DNA of 32,000 nt, from sequence record MN718199.1. One strand, 5' to 3'. Below are positions 18,756 through 26,401 of the stretch, in pieces. The stretch's first letter is position 1, and each line of letters opens with the position of its first letter. A model generated the notes under the pieces. It worked only from the letters and a program-made list of their open reading frames with translations. It had not been told where the DNA came from and searched no databases. Origin of the DNA: Vibrio phage vB_VchM_Kuja. The position numbers and the translations under genes were made by a program.

Positions 18756-18986
18756 TTAACTAAAAATTATTTGTGGTCTATATGGTGTAATATAAATATT
18801 GCCTGCCACATTAATAACTTTAATGGATTTTGTCTCTCCATTAAGTTTATATGTAATTACTTCAGCTTTCTTACTATGGTGTTCTTCAGGTAGATCTTTC
18901 AAATCTTTTAAACTTGCACCACTACCAAATTTTTCTAATACAGCTACCGAAATAGCAGCAATTTCTTGTATTGTGAATTCATTCAT
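18756..18986 (-). CDS. Hypothetical protein
   Basis: 76-aa ORF between gp32 and the gp33-like gene. Confidence 0.55.
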   Translation of the reverse strand: MNEFTIQEIAAISVAVLEKFGSGASLKDLKDLPEEHHSKKAEVITYKLNGETKSIKVINVAGNIYITPYRPQIIFS

Positions 18987-18987
18987 T

Positions 18988-19254
18988 TTAAAATAACCTA
19001 TTTTTATTGACCTTACCCTTAACCATCTTATTGTTAATGGCTTCTACTTCAAGAGCGCGCTTTACACGTACACTAAGAAGATCGGGTACTTTATCAACTT
19101 CAATTTTGTAATCGTCACATAATCCTAGAATAATTTGTGACAGTGGTTGGCCCCTATACTTACCAACTTTTTGTGAAAGAAGAACCGCATCACTAAACGT
19201 GTTGATATCTATAGGTTTATCATATTCTTTATCAGCATGGCTTTGAATACTCAT
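18988..19254 (-). CDS. 33: Probable gp33-like late transcription co-activator
   Basis: PLSQIILGLCDDYKIEVDKVPDLLSVRVKRALEVEAI resembles the gp33 core; conserved neighbourhood near gene 32. Confidence 0.5.
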   Translation of the reverse strand: MSIQSHADKEYDKPIDINTFSDAVLLSQKVGKYRGQPLSQIILGLCDDYKIEVDKVPDLLSVRVKRALEVEAINNKMVKGKVNKNRLF

Positions 19255-19502
19255 AAATCAATCCCGCTATGTCTGCCAGCATAATTGTGAGCTGTTTTAA
19301 GAATTTCTTTCCAACCTGATGGGCGTTTATCCTTAACCAAATGAGGTTCCATACTCACAGGAGCTGAGAGAATAACCTGTGTTATTGTTCCACATTCAGC
19401 ACAGGATGGACAGGGTTCTGATTCTGGTTGCTTGCGATCTGCCATACTCAATTGACGTCCAAAAATGTGCCCACAAGCACCACATTTATAATCATAGAAC
19501 AT
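19251..19502 (-). CDS. FmdB-type zinc-ribbon protein
   Basis: MFYDYKCGACGHIFGRQLS...CPSCAECGTITQVILSAP. Confidence 0.7.
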   Translation of the reverse strand: MFYDYKCGACGHIFGRQLSMADRKQPESEPCPSCAECGTITQVILSAPVSMEPHLVKDKRPSGWKEILKTAHNYAGRHSGIDL

Positions 19503-19505
19503 AAC

Positions 19506-19793
19506 TTACCCCAATAAGAAAAACACAAATACCATAGCTAATAAAGAAGAAATTTGATAAGGTATAATCTTAATTTTTTCATTAACTAGATTGGTATATG
19601 TATTGTGATTTTTTAGTTCACTGGTGTCAAAGTTACTAACAGTGAACAAACTGTTTTTTAACTTTGTTTCATTTTCAACAGAGTTAGCCCTGTATAGAAC
19701 CAGTATATTATGGACTGTTTTTTGTGAAGTAATAGTTATTAAAATAATAAGAACTACCCTCACAAACAAGTCTATATATTCTAAATAAAACAT
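19506..19793 (-). CDS. Small membrane protein, two hydrophobic segments
   Basis: YLEYIDLFVRVVLIILITI... and ...ISSLLAMVFVFFLLG. Confidence 0.6.
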   Translation of the reverse strand: MFYLEYIDLFVRVVLIILITITSQKTVHNILVLYRANSVENETKLKNSLFTVSNFDTSELKNHNTYTNLVNEKIKIIPYQISSLLAMVFVFFLLG

Positions 19794-20368
19794 TATGCTT
19801 CTCCCATATGTTTCTTGATAATACTGTGATTTCTTAAGATTGAATAAGCATCAGCAAGATCGTCAACGGGTTTTGGTACTTTCGTTTGAATATCCAGATG
19901 CTTAACTAGATCAAAACCCATTATATCAGTAAATGCTTTAATGATTTCTGGTTTCTCTGCATTACCAGCACCAGTAAAATATTTTTTAGCTGTTGTGGGT
20001 GGTATAATTTCAAATGGTATACCCAACAAATCTAAATTCTGTTTGGTTAGACTACAGCATTCAGCAGTTTGACAAATGTTATTTGTTTTAGAACCCATTG
20101 AATAACCTTCAAGTGAAACGTCTGTAACACCCTCAGAAACAATAACAGCCTTTACCCAATTTGCCACTTTTCTAAATCTTTCTTCTTCTGTAGCATAAGG
20201 TTCTTGAACAAGAATATTGACGTTACCCTTTGCATAAGTTCCGTTCAATCTCTTTATTTTACCATAATTATAGAAACGAATGTTTTCAAACTTGTGTGGG
20301 TGTTCAGTATTCCAAACACAGATAGCGGGTGAGTTTATTGATAGATCTAATCCAGCGACAATAGCCAT
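19793..20368 (-). CDS. RuvC-like Holliday junction resolvase
   Basis: AGLDLSINSPAICVW, DVSLEGYSMG, PPTTAKKYFTGAGNAEKPEI, DDLADAYSI: D-E-D(D) RNase H fold motifs. Confidence 0.85.
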   Translation of the reverse strand: MAIVAGLDLSINSPAICVWNTEHPHKFENIRFYNYGKIKRLNGTYAKGNVNILVQEPYATEEERFRKVANWVKAVIVSEGVTDVSLEGYSMGSKTNNICQTAECCSLTKQNLDLLGIPFEIIPPTTAKKYFTGAGNAEKPEIIKAFTDIMGFDLVKHLDIQTKVPKPVDDLADAYSILRNHSIIKKHMGEA

Positions 20369-20414
20369 AAAAATGCCTTACACGTTGTTAACCATATAAG
20401 GCATATAGTTGGAT

Positions 20415-21269
20415 TTATACAGACATTGGGTATTTTAGTGGTCCGTGACTCTGATAACAAATAACATCAAAATCATCAGTGTTGCATTTGAGAACATCAT
20501 CCCAGTCTTTGATGCGAGGGTTAATCCATAGAATAGGTAAATCCATTGGCTCACGTTGAATTTGAATAAGCATTGTATCATATTGGTCCTCATAAATATG
20601 AGGATTTACAATGATATGAGTTGCTTCTGTAGGTTTATTACCTGTGATGCGCGCCATTAAACAAAGGAAAACAAACACCTGAATCATGTTGAAATTTAAT
20701 CCAAGAGGGACATCACATGAACGTTGATATGAGATCAGTGATAGATCTTTTTGAATTAAACTAAAATGATGTTGGTACATACATGGGCGTAGACAAGCCT
20801 TGTCAAAATCATCTGGTTTCCAGAAAGTGATGATTTCACCACGATCGTCAATACCCATTTTTAAATTTTCATAGACTTTTGTGAATTGATTAACACCACC
20901 AAAGTCATGACCAATAACGCCATAGCATTTACCCATATCACCATCGCCGCGATAGTGTGGGTTGCTAGTCCAAGACGGACTAGATGCGTTTGCCAGCCAT
21001 GTTTTAGTGCCTAATGCTACAAAGTCATAGGCATTATCATATCCCCTTAGATAACCGAGTAACTCGGCTACAGCTGACTTCCAAAAACTTTGACGTGTTG
21101 TATCCATTGGTAAGTTATTAAAATAAGCGCCATCTTCGGACATAACGGGATTGTACTCAAAAATAGCTTTTTTAAGTGTTAAGCATTTTTTACCCGTTCT
21201 TTCATTATGGATCCAAGTACCTTCTTGAACCAACTTACGACAAAGGTTTATATATTGATGATCAATCAT
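20415..21269 (-). CDS. td: Thymidylate synthase
   Basis: RPCMYQHHFSLIQKDLSLISYQRSCDVPLGLNFNMIQ, HIIVNPHIYEDQ, IQREP; ATG 21269 preceded by GGAG. Asn in the GLNFN motif favours TS over dCMP hydroxymethylase. Confidence 0.9.
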   Translation of the reverse strand: MIDHQYINLCRKLVQEGTWIHNERTGKKCLTLKKAIFEYNPVMSEDGAYFNNLPMDTTRQSFWKSAVAELLGYLRGYDNAYDFVALGTKTWLANASSPSWTSNPHYRGDGDMGKCYGVIGHDFGGVNQFTKVYENLKMGIDDRGEIITFWKPDDFDKACLRPCMYQHHFSLIQKDLSLISYQRSCDVPLGLNFNMIQVFVFLCLMARITGNKPTEATHIIVNPHIYEDQYDTMLIQIQREPMDLPILWINPRIKDWDDVLKCNTDDFDVICYQSHGPLKYPMSV

Positions 21270-21504
21270 GTATATTCTCCGAGGAAAATTGTGGGAGTGC
21301 ATTTATGCGCTTGATACTAAATGAACCACTTTCAGCGTTCATTATAACTAAAAAATTTTCGCTATCTACATCAAGAACAAAAATAGAGGTTTTACATTGT
21401 AGAAACTTTTTATAAAGCCATTGATAAACCTGTGGTTCTGAATACATGTTTACTGAAACACTATCAGGTTTTGTTTTTAAATGTTCTATGAATTTTTCAA
21501 TCAT
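21262..21504 (-). CDS. Hypothetical protein
   Basis: Internal ATG 21504 preceded by TTGAGGAAC; tightly packed neighbours. Confidence 0.55.
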   Translation of the reverse strand: MIEKFIEHLKTKPDSVSVNMYSEPQVYQWLYKKFLQCKTSIFVLDVDSENFLVIMNAESGSFSIKRINALPQFSSENIHD

Positions 21505-21862
21505 TTTGTTCCTCAACATAATTAATTTCAAAAACTGTAATAGCTTTAATTATAATCTCATACCATGCAGAACGAAAACCTGATTCATGGTATGAGAATA
21601 AATATTTATCACCATTGATGTTCACAACACCGTTTTGTAATTCACCATTATTAGAGGCAATGGTCATAAAATCAAAAGCTTTTCTATGGGTTTCATAATT
21701 GATAACAAACCAATCTTTCTTTTGTTCGATAGCGCTTTCTAATAAACTGTTAAATTCTAGGATCTGCTCCTCAGATACATCTGTATCTCCATTGAGAATT
21801 TCTTCACAACATATCATACCAAAAGTACTGATTCTTTTTGCTACAAATTCCATTTTAGTCAC
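21497..21862 (-). CDS. Hypothetical protein
   Basis: 121-aa ORF overlapping both neighbours by a few nt. Confidence 0.6.
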   Translation of the reverse strand: MTKMEFVAKRISTFGMICCEEILNGDTDVSEEQILEFNSLLESAIEQKKDWFVINYETHRKAFDFMTIASNNGELQNGVVNINGDKYLFSYHESGFRSAWYEIIIKAITVFEINYVEEQND

Positions 21863-22391
21863 CTAATTTTATTTGTCTGTCTTGAGGTCTTGAAAAAACA
21901 TATGCTTCGCTTAGATTGCAATAGGTAAGAAGCCAATTCACATTACCTGTTGAAACAATCATAGGCGCATTTGAATTACCAACACCAAGGTAAATGACAT
22001 CACAAATGTTATAGAAACGGCTGTTTAGTGATATTTTTACAATGTGATCAAAATCAACAATACACTCAAGAAGAAACTCATTAAGTTCCTTTTTCATTTT
22101 TTCCATAGGTTGATTATCTTTTAGATCATCATATGGTGTAACTACCTCACGGGGCTCGATACACATATTCATTATTTCAAAAGAATACATGAGTCGCTTC
22201 ACAAGGAATTGCCCTTTACCACACTTGATGATAAATTTTGAACCAGAACCCTTATTTCTTTCTTCTATAAAATATCTATCCAAAATAGGATAGGCAATAT
22301 TAGACGTATCAATAACCGTTTTATCCCATAGACGTAAAGGTAATTGAGAACTCAATATAGATGCAAATCTGTTAAGTTTCATTTTAAACAC
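21855..22391 (-). CDS. Hypothetical protein
   Basis: 178-aa ORF. Confidence 0.65.
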   Translation of the reverse strand: MFKMKLNRFASILSSQLPLRLWDKTVIDTSNIAYPILDRYFIEERNKGSGSKFIIKCGKGQFLVKRLMYSFEIMNMCIEPREVVTPYDDLKDNQPMEKMKKELNEFLLECIVDFDHIVKISLNSRFYNICDVIYLGVGNSNAPMIVSTGNVNWLLTYCNLSEAYVFSRPQDRQIKLGD

Positions 22392-22393
22392 CT

Positions 22394-22684
22394 TTAAAAT
22401 ATAGCTGTAATGGATGTTTCAATAAATTCTGGTGCGACCAATGTGTAACGCTCAGGGCATAGCGCATTATCAGCAGTATAGAACGCGATATAAACAACAC
22501 CATTAATAATAAAACGATGTACATAGTTGCTATGTTCTACCGCGTTTTCAATGAACCGGAATGCTTTCTCATTACCTACGCTACAGATATCAAAAATTTC
22601 TTCTTTTTTGCGACCAACAAACATTTGTAAAAAAGCAGAACGCATTTCAAAAAATTCTTCTTTTGTTAAATCAGAATTCATCAT
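22394..22684 (-). CDS. Hypothetical protein
   Basis: ORF track 22394..22771, but its N-terminal extension overlaps a strong terminator; MMNSDLTKEEFF start is likelier. Confidence 0.55.
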   Translation of the reverse strand: MMNSDLTKEEFFEMRSAFLQMFVGRKKEEIFDICSVGNEKAFRFIENAVEHSNYVHRFIINGVVYIAFYTADNALCPERYTLVAPEFIETSITAIF

Positions 22685-22758
22685 GACAATATTCCTATTA
22701 AAAGTTATTTTGAATACTTTAAACCAAAAATCTTCAATAAACATCAATTTTTTAAGAA

Positions 22759-22789
22759 AAAAAAAATCCACCCCGAAGAGTGGATTTTA
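22759..22789 (-). terminator. Rho-independent terminator ending the tRNA-cluster transcript
   Basis: Minus strand AAAATCCAC-tcttcggg-GTGGATTTTTTTTTT. Confidence 0.9.
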
Positions 22790-22792
22790 ATG

Positions 22793-22861
22793 GGTTGGCG
22801 AGGGCGGGAGTTGAACCCGCTGTTTAGCTGTGCGGACTAAACAAAAACCTCTATCTACGCC
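22793..22861 (-). tRNA. tRNA-like element: intact T arm and 3' acceptor strand, aberrant 5' half; likely pseudo-tRNA or unusual tRNA
   Basis: Minus strand: GGCG..., hairpin GTTTAG..CTAAAC, GCGGG-TTCAACT-CCCGC, CCTCGCC-A; only about 4 bp of acceptor pair cleanly and no D arm is visible. Confidence 0.45.
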
Positions 22862-23025
22862 TTTAATTTTTTGATGGTCCAGTCAAACAATGTCCACTTT
22901 GTTAGATAGCGATATGCATCTCTATAACTTTTAAACTGTGTTGCCTTATTAATATCCAAAGTATAACAGACATCACCTGGGAAACTAACAATATATTGTC
23001 TTTCACTGTTTGCTATAACAAACAT
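22855..23025 (-). CDS. Small hypothetical protein, 56 aa
   Basis: My translation [56 protein letters not shown]; not in the supplied ORF track. Confidence 0.4.
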
Positions 23026-23040
23026 ATCACACCTTTAAAA

Positions 23041-23117
23041 TGGTGGGTCTGAGGGGAATTGAACCCCTGATCCTAGAGTTATGAGCTCTCCGCTTTAGAC
23101 CGCTAAGCTACAGACCC
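23041..23117 (-). tRNA. tRNA with CAT anticodon (Met, or Ile2 if lysidine-modified), CCA encoded
   Basis: Minus strand GGGTCTG TA GCTTAGCGGTCTAAAGC G GAGAG CTCATAA CTCTA GGATC AGGGG TTCAATT CCCCT CAGACCC ACCA. Confidence 0.9.
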
Positions 23118-23785
23118 TTATAACGTATTAACTCCTTGATAGTATCAAAAGTGTTTGTATCAAGAAGTTTGATGTGTTCGCCTCTGATGATATACAATGG
23201 TTTAGTGCAATATGCCCATTTGCATTCATCCCTTTCTGTTTTATAACCCTTAACTTCTATAAAACATTCATAAGCGGGTAAATAAAAATCAGGGAAATAT
23301 AAATGAGGACTTTCTCTCCAAATATACTCTTGAGGGTGTGTTTCACCTTCCCACTCTATGTTATTAGCATCAAGCCATTTGGCTACTAATAATTCCCAGT
23401 TACCCTTTAGTTTGTGGCCTCTGTATTCGATACAATTTCTTCCACAAACATTATTGGATGAATAAGAACTAGGGTTTTCAGAAACAGCCCTTTTCATCCT
23501 TTCTGAATGAGCCTTCCTTCTTTGATCAGTCCATTCAATGTTAGAACTCGCAACACTTAATTTTTCTCTAGTATCTTGAGAAACGATACACTCACGGCCT
23601 TCCTGTTTAGCTTTAGTGAATTGATTCTGACCATTACCTCTCCTTTCACTCATAGCTTTCAACCAAGCTTCTGATTTAGGTTTTTTAGGTTTGATGTTTA
23701 TGTTATTCTTGCATGCGGACTCATGCACTGCTAAACCTCCAGTGTTCCCACATGTTTTCCCACAATATTTACATTGTAGCTGCAT
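23108..23785 (-). CDS. Homing-endonuclease-like protein: N-terminal zinc finger plus restriction-like nuclease domain
   Basis: CKYCGKTCGNTGGLAVHESAC finger; EYRGHKLKGNWELLVAKWLDANNIEWEGE...YFPDFYLPAYECFIEVKGYKTERDECKW (PD-(D/E)xK-type core). ATG at 23785. Confidence 0.7.
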   Translation of the reverse strand: MQLQCKYCGKTCGNTGGLAVHESACKNNINIKPKKPKSEAWLKAMSERRGNGQNQFTKAKQEGRECIVSQDTREKLSVASSNIEWTDQRRKAHSERMKRAVSENPSSYSSNNVCGRNCIEYRGHKLKGNWELLVAKWLDANNIEWEGETHPQEYIWRESPHLYFPDFYLPAYECFIEVKGYKTERDECKWAYCTKPLYIIRGEHIKLLDTNTFDTIKELIRYKGL

Positions 23786-23789
23786 AACA

Positions 23790-23815
23790 ACCTCTAACCA
23801 CTGAGCTAAGGGGCC
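23790..23815 (-). pseudogene. Orphan 5' half of a tRNA gene (acceptor 5' strand + D arm)
   Basis: Minus strand GGCCCCTTAGCTCAGTGGTTAGAGGT directly upstream of the endonuclease ATG; no matching AGGGGCC 3' half seen nearby. Confidence 0.6.
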
Positions 23816-23918
23816 AAAATTGGGAGCGGGATGGTTGATAGCCATCAGTATGTAATCCATCATAGGCAAGGCTTTGATGCCTTGGGTCTGTGTGCCTAGA
23901 ATCACATACCTCTCCGCT

Positions 23919-24194
23919 TTATTCTTCTGGTTCTTTCAAACTTTGTTCTTTTGAAAGATTGTTCATAATAAAATCGAATAAAATTTCTGTTTTGTCTACG
24001 GACCAACATTCATGCCCATTTTTCATAACAGCAACAGAAACAGGTCTTCCTTTATCATCCCAACAATTAACTTCTGTATAACAGGCACTTTGATCAGCGT
24101 CAATATCACCGTGGACTTGCTTGAACATCCACAATAGCTTCTGTTCATCGTTCATTTCAGAAATTAACATTTTATTCACCAAATGGTTCTTCAT
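23919..24194 (-). CDS. Hypothetical protein
   Basis: 91-aa ORF overlapping the next. Confidence 0.6.
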   Translation of the reverse strand: MKNHLVNKMLISEMNDEQKLLWMFKQVHGDIDADQSACYTEVNCWDDKGRPVSVAVMKNGHECWSVDKTEILFDFIMNNLSKEQSLKEPEE

Positions 24195-24402
24195 AAAAAC
24201 GAAGCGGGTGTTTAGAGGCCATTAGGTTCACACAAAAAGACAACTCCTTTACATCTTCATGGATAATAGCGTCAGGGTTGTTTTTGTATTCCTTGCGTTG
24301 CTCTTGTGCAACCTGTAACACAAGTTTCACAAAGCCGTAAAGTCCTTTAGCTCGGATACCTTTTCTGATGTTCTCGACCAGTTGTTGATCTAAATTTTCC
24401 AT
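24172..24402 (-). CDS. Hypothetical protein
   Basis: ORF track 24172..24453 begins inside tRNA-Arg; MENLDQQL at 24402 is the more likely start. Confidence 0.6.
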   Translation of the reverse strand: MENLDQQLVENIRKGIRAKGLYGFVKLVLQVAQEQRKEYKNNPDAIIHEDVKELSFCVNLMASKHPLRFYEEPFGE

Positions 24403-24419
24403 AAACACCTCTAAACAAA

Positions 24420-24496
24420 TGGCGCGCTGTACAGGATTCGAACCTGTGACCACAAGCTTAGAAGGCTCGTGCTCTATCCTACTGAGCTAACAGCGC
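24420..24496 (-). tRNA. tRNA-Arg (anticodon TCT), CCA encoded
   Basis: Minus strand GCGCTGT TA GCTC AGTAGGATA GAGC A CGAGC CTTCTAA GCTTG TGGTC ACAGG TTCGAAT CCTGT ACAGCGC G CCA. Confidence 0.95.
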
Positions 24497-24572
24497 ATAA
24501 ATTAATGAGGGTTACGCCGTCCCTCTGCTACCGCTTGCCGGCCATTACGCCTCATCAAAGTAGCCGATTTAT

Positions 24573-24659
24573 TTTATTGAAATCCTCTTAAGTCGAATAT
24601 AATAGAGCATACCTCTAAATTCTTTATAGCCATGTGCCACTCAAAAGGATTTCAATAAA
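24573..24659. repeat. 14-bp perfect inverted repeat with 59-nt spacer
   Basis: TTTATTGAAATCCT (24573-24586) / AGGATTTCAATAAA (24646-24659). Confidence 0.8.
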
Positions 24660-24686
24660 GGGGCTGTTTCAAACCCCTTGGAATGG
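24660..24686 (-). terminator. Possible terminator after the HNH-like gene
   Basis: Minus strand AAGGGG-tttgaaacag-CCCCTTTATT. Confidence 0.5.
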
Positions 24687-24731
24687 TGTGGATTAACAAT
24701 CGCTGACCTGTAATTGTACAGGCACCACACG

Positions 24732-25361
24732 CTAGTTCACAGCGTCACCAATATGACTGAGTTGGTGAACGTCCCCATTGTCTAGGGCATCTCTCCACCT
24801 AAGCAAGGCTTCTTTAACTTCTTTATTACTCTGAGTCATAGCTAAACGGTAAGCATATTCAGATTTTCTTCTGCGCCAAGCATAATGAGCTTCTAACTCT
24901 CTTTCAAAAAGACCTAGATATCCACGTTTTTTATTGAATGGGTCATTACATTGCGCTTTGAACTTACCCGCTACTTTACACCAGCAAACACCTATGAGAT
25001 ATTCTCCAGAACTAGCTTTGTGATCATTTATGAACGCATTAATTTGCCTTGTCACAAACATACATGTATCAGGTGAATATAATTTGTTCCCTACTAGCTT
25101 TAAATCTTTGTCTAGTACATAATCAAACCCATCTGTTGGGTAATTAGATTCATACCATTCAGCAAAATTTTGGTAGTGTAACCAATCACCACAAACTTCA
25201 CATTCTTTATACGTTGGTTGCCTAGAATGATATTTCACGTCGTAGCATCTCTGGAGCATACTTCTCCATTTTATGTACGAATCTGTTAGAACGCCATCTT
25301 GACTCGCTTTATGACGCCCCTTTTCATAGACACCAACACCAAACAATAATTTGTTTCTCAT
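24732..25361 (-). CDS. HNH-type homing endonuclease-like protein
   Basis: YIKWRSMLQRCYDVKYHSRQPTYKECEVCGDWLHYQNFAEWYESNY...LDKDLKLVGNKLYSPDTCMFV..QINAFI...GVCWCKVAGKFKAQC: phage HNH/AP2-like homing endonuclease pattern. Confidence 0.8.
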   Translation of the reverse strand: MRNKLLFGVGVYEKGRHKASQDGVLTDSYIKWRSMLQRCYDVKYHSRQPTYKECEVCGDWLHYQNFAEWYESNYPTDGFDYVLDKDLKLVGNKLYSPDTCMFVTRQINAFINDHKASSGEYLIGVCWCKVAGKFKAQCNDPFNKKRGYLGLFERELEAHYAWRRRKSEYAYRLAMTQSNKEVKEALLRWRDALDNGDVHQLSHIGDAVN

Positions 25362-25381
25362 AACAAATGTACTCGACGAAA

Positions 25382-25440
25382 ACTTCTCAAAATATACTTT
25401 CTCAAATACATTTTGAGAAGTGGGTTGGGAAAATACCCAC
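25382..25440. repeat. Two adjacent hairpins
   Basis: ACTTCTCAAAAT (25382-25393)/ATTTTGAGAAGT (25410-25421), then GTGGGT/ACCCAC (25420-25440). Confidence 0.75.
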
Positions 25441-25713
25441 GTCCCGTCTGTCTCACGACAGTCTCAATCTAGCGGGTCTTAGGCTCCCGTTAGAAGGGTT
25501 CTGTACGGCTTGAGGGATGTAAGCCACCAGAACTAGCGAAACACAACATTTGATCGCGAAATGGCATGTTTATAGCGGTTGACTTCCCGCGACTGGCAAA
25601 ACCCCAGTCCATAGAGCGTGGTATGCGTTGCCTCACTCTTTTAAGCGGTCTTAATCTTAGATGAGGAATCCGTTAGCAACAATGTTAATCGGATTGATTA
25701 AGACCGCTTAAAA
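25441..25713. ncRNA. Candidate structured non-coding RNA or element (strand uncertain)
   Basis: No convincing ORF; hairpins CTGTC-tcac-GACAG, GACTGG-caaaacc-CCAGTC and an 18-bp perfect inverted repeat TTTTAAGCGGTCTTAATC (25639-25656)/GATTAAGACCGCTTAAAA (25696-25713). Confidence 0.4.
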
Positions 25714-25736
25714 AAGACCCCTACACTAAAGGGGTG
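25710..25736 (-). terminator. Terminator for the upstream tRNA run
   Basis: Minus strand ACCCC-tttagtgta-GGGGTCTTTTTT. Confidence 0.7.
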
Positions 25737-25921
25737 AACATAAATTTATGTCCTTTTAAAACGCACTTTATCACATCAAAACAAACTTGAAAAATTTATT
25801 TTGATGTGACCCCTATACAGGGACCACAACTGACCTCCGAATCCCAACAAAACGAGGGTCACTGGTTTGCCATGCCATGTCTTACCAGCTTTAAACACTC
25901 TTGACAAAAAGCGCTTAAAGA

Positions 25922-25998
25922 TGGCGTCCACAATGGGATTTGAACCCATGACCTTTCCCTTAGGAGGGGAATGCTCTATCCAACTGAGCTACGCGGAC
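25922..25998 (-). tRNA. tRNA-Arg (anticodon CCT), CCA encoded
   Basis: Minus strand GTCCGCG TA GCTC AGTTGGATA GAGC A TTCCC CTCCTAA GGGAA AGGTC ATGGG TTCAAAT CCCAT TGTGGAC G CCA. Confidence 0.93.
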
Positions 25999-26000
25999 GG

Positions 26001-26090
26001 TGGTGGGTGCAGATGGATTCGAACCATCCCGTTTCAAACCTCATTCCTCACAAGGATATGCGCGACCTCTCGCTATTACAGTTTACACCC
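26001..26090 (-). tRNA. tRNA or tRNA-like element, 90 nt, anticodon not assignable by eye, CCA encoded
   Basis: Acceptor GGGTGTA/TGCACCC, T arm GATGG-TTCGAAT-CCATC, terminal ACCA; the 55-nt middle does not fold into a standard D/anticodon arm by eye. Confidence 0.5.
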
Positions 26091-26098
26091 AAATTGAA

Positions 26099-26185
26099 CA
26101 CCCCGTGCAGGATTCGAACCTGCGTCACTTTCGGTATCTCGAGCACGAGTCTCCGACTAATCTTAACCGCTAGAATGAACGGGGT
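26099..26185 (-). tRNA. tRNA or tRNA-like element, 87 nt, anticodon not assignable by eye, CCA not encoded
   Basis: Acceptor ACCCCGT/ACGGGGT, T arm GCAGG-TTCGAAT-CCTGC; 55-nt middle with CTCG-tgct-CGAG hairpin. Confidence 0.5.
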
Positions 26186-26401
26186 GGTTGGCGGTGAGTA
26201 ATTTAGCTAACTCACCTTATCAATTTATATTATTAAAGAGCTTTTGGGTGTTTTAAGTAAGGGCGGATTTTAACCCGCCCTGTACTTTGGACGCCCCGTT
26301 AAGTAACTAAGCTGCTGTTTTTGAACTGCTTATTCCTTAACTTGAGACCATTAAAACATGCTTAATTTATGAAAGCAACACATTTTTAATTTTTTTTTTT
26401 G

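Noticed and set aside
18780-18810. TATAAATA-like late promoter motif
   Set aside because: A TATAAATA string occurs, but in an AT-rich intergenic area; a single match cannot be separated from background by eye, so it was not listed.
20415-21269. Interpretation as dCMP hydroxymethylase
   Set aside because: The diagnostic position after GLxF is Asn (GLNFN), as in thymidylate synthase, rather than Asp as in T4 gp42.
23786-23905. N-terminal extension of the endonuclease ORF (MILGTQTQGIKALPMMDYIL...)
   Set aside because: It reads through the tRNA 5'-half sequence; ATG 23785 directly before the zinc finger is more plausible.
25867-26201. Plus-strand ORFs of 76 aa over the tRNA cluster
   Set aside because: They are translations of antisense tRNA genes, a common artefact.
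26261-26280. GGGCGG/CCGCCC hairpin downstream of tRNA-like gene 26099-26185
   Set aside because: Real inverted repeat, but no U tract and no clear role; could be part of a leader, not enough to call.
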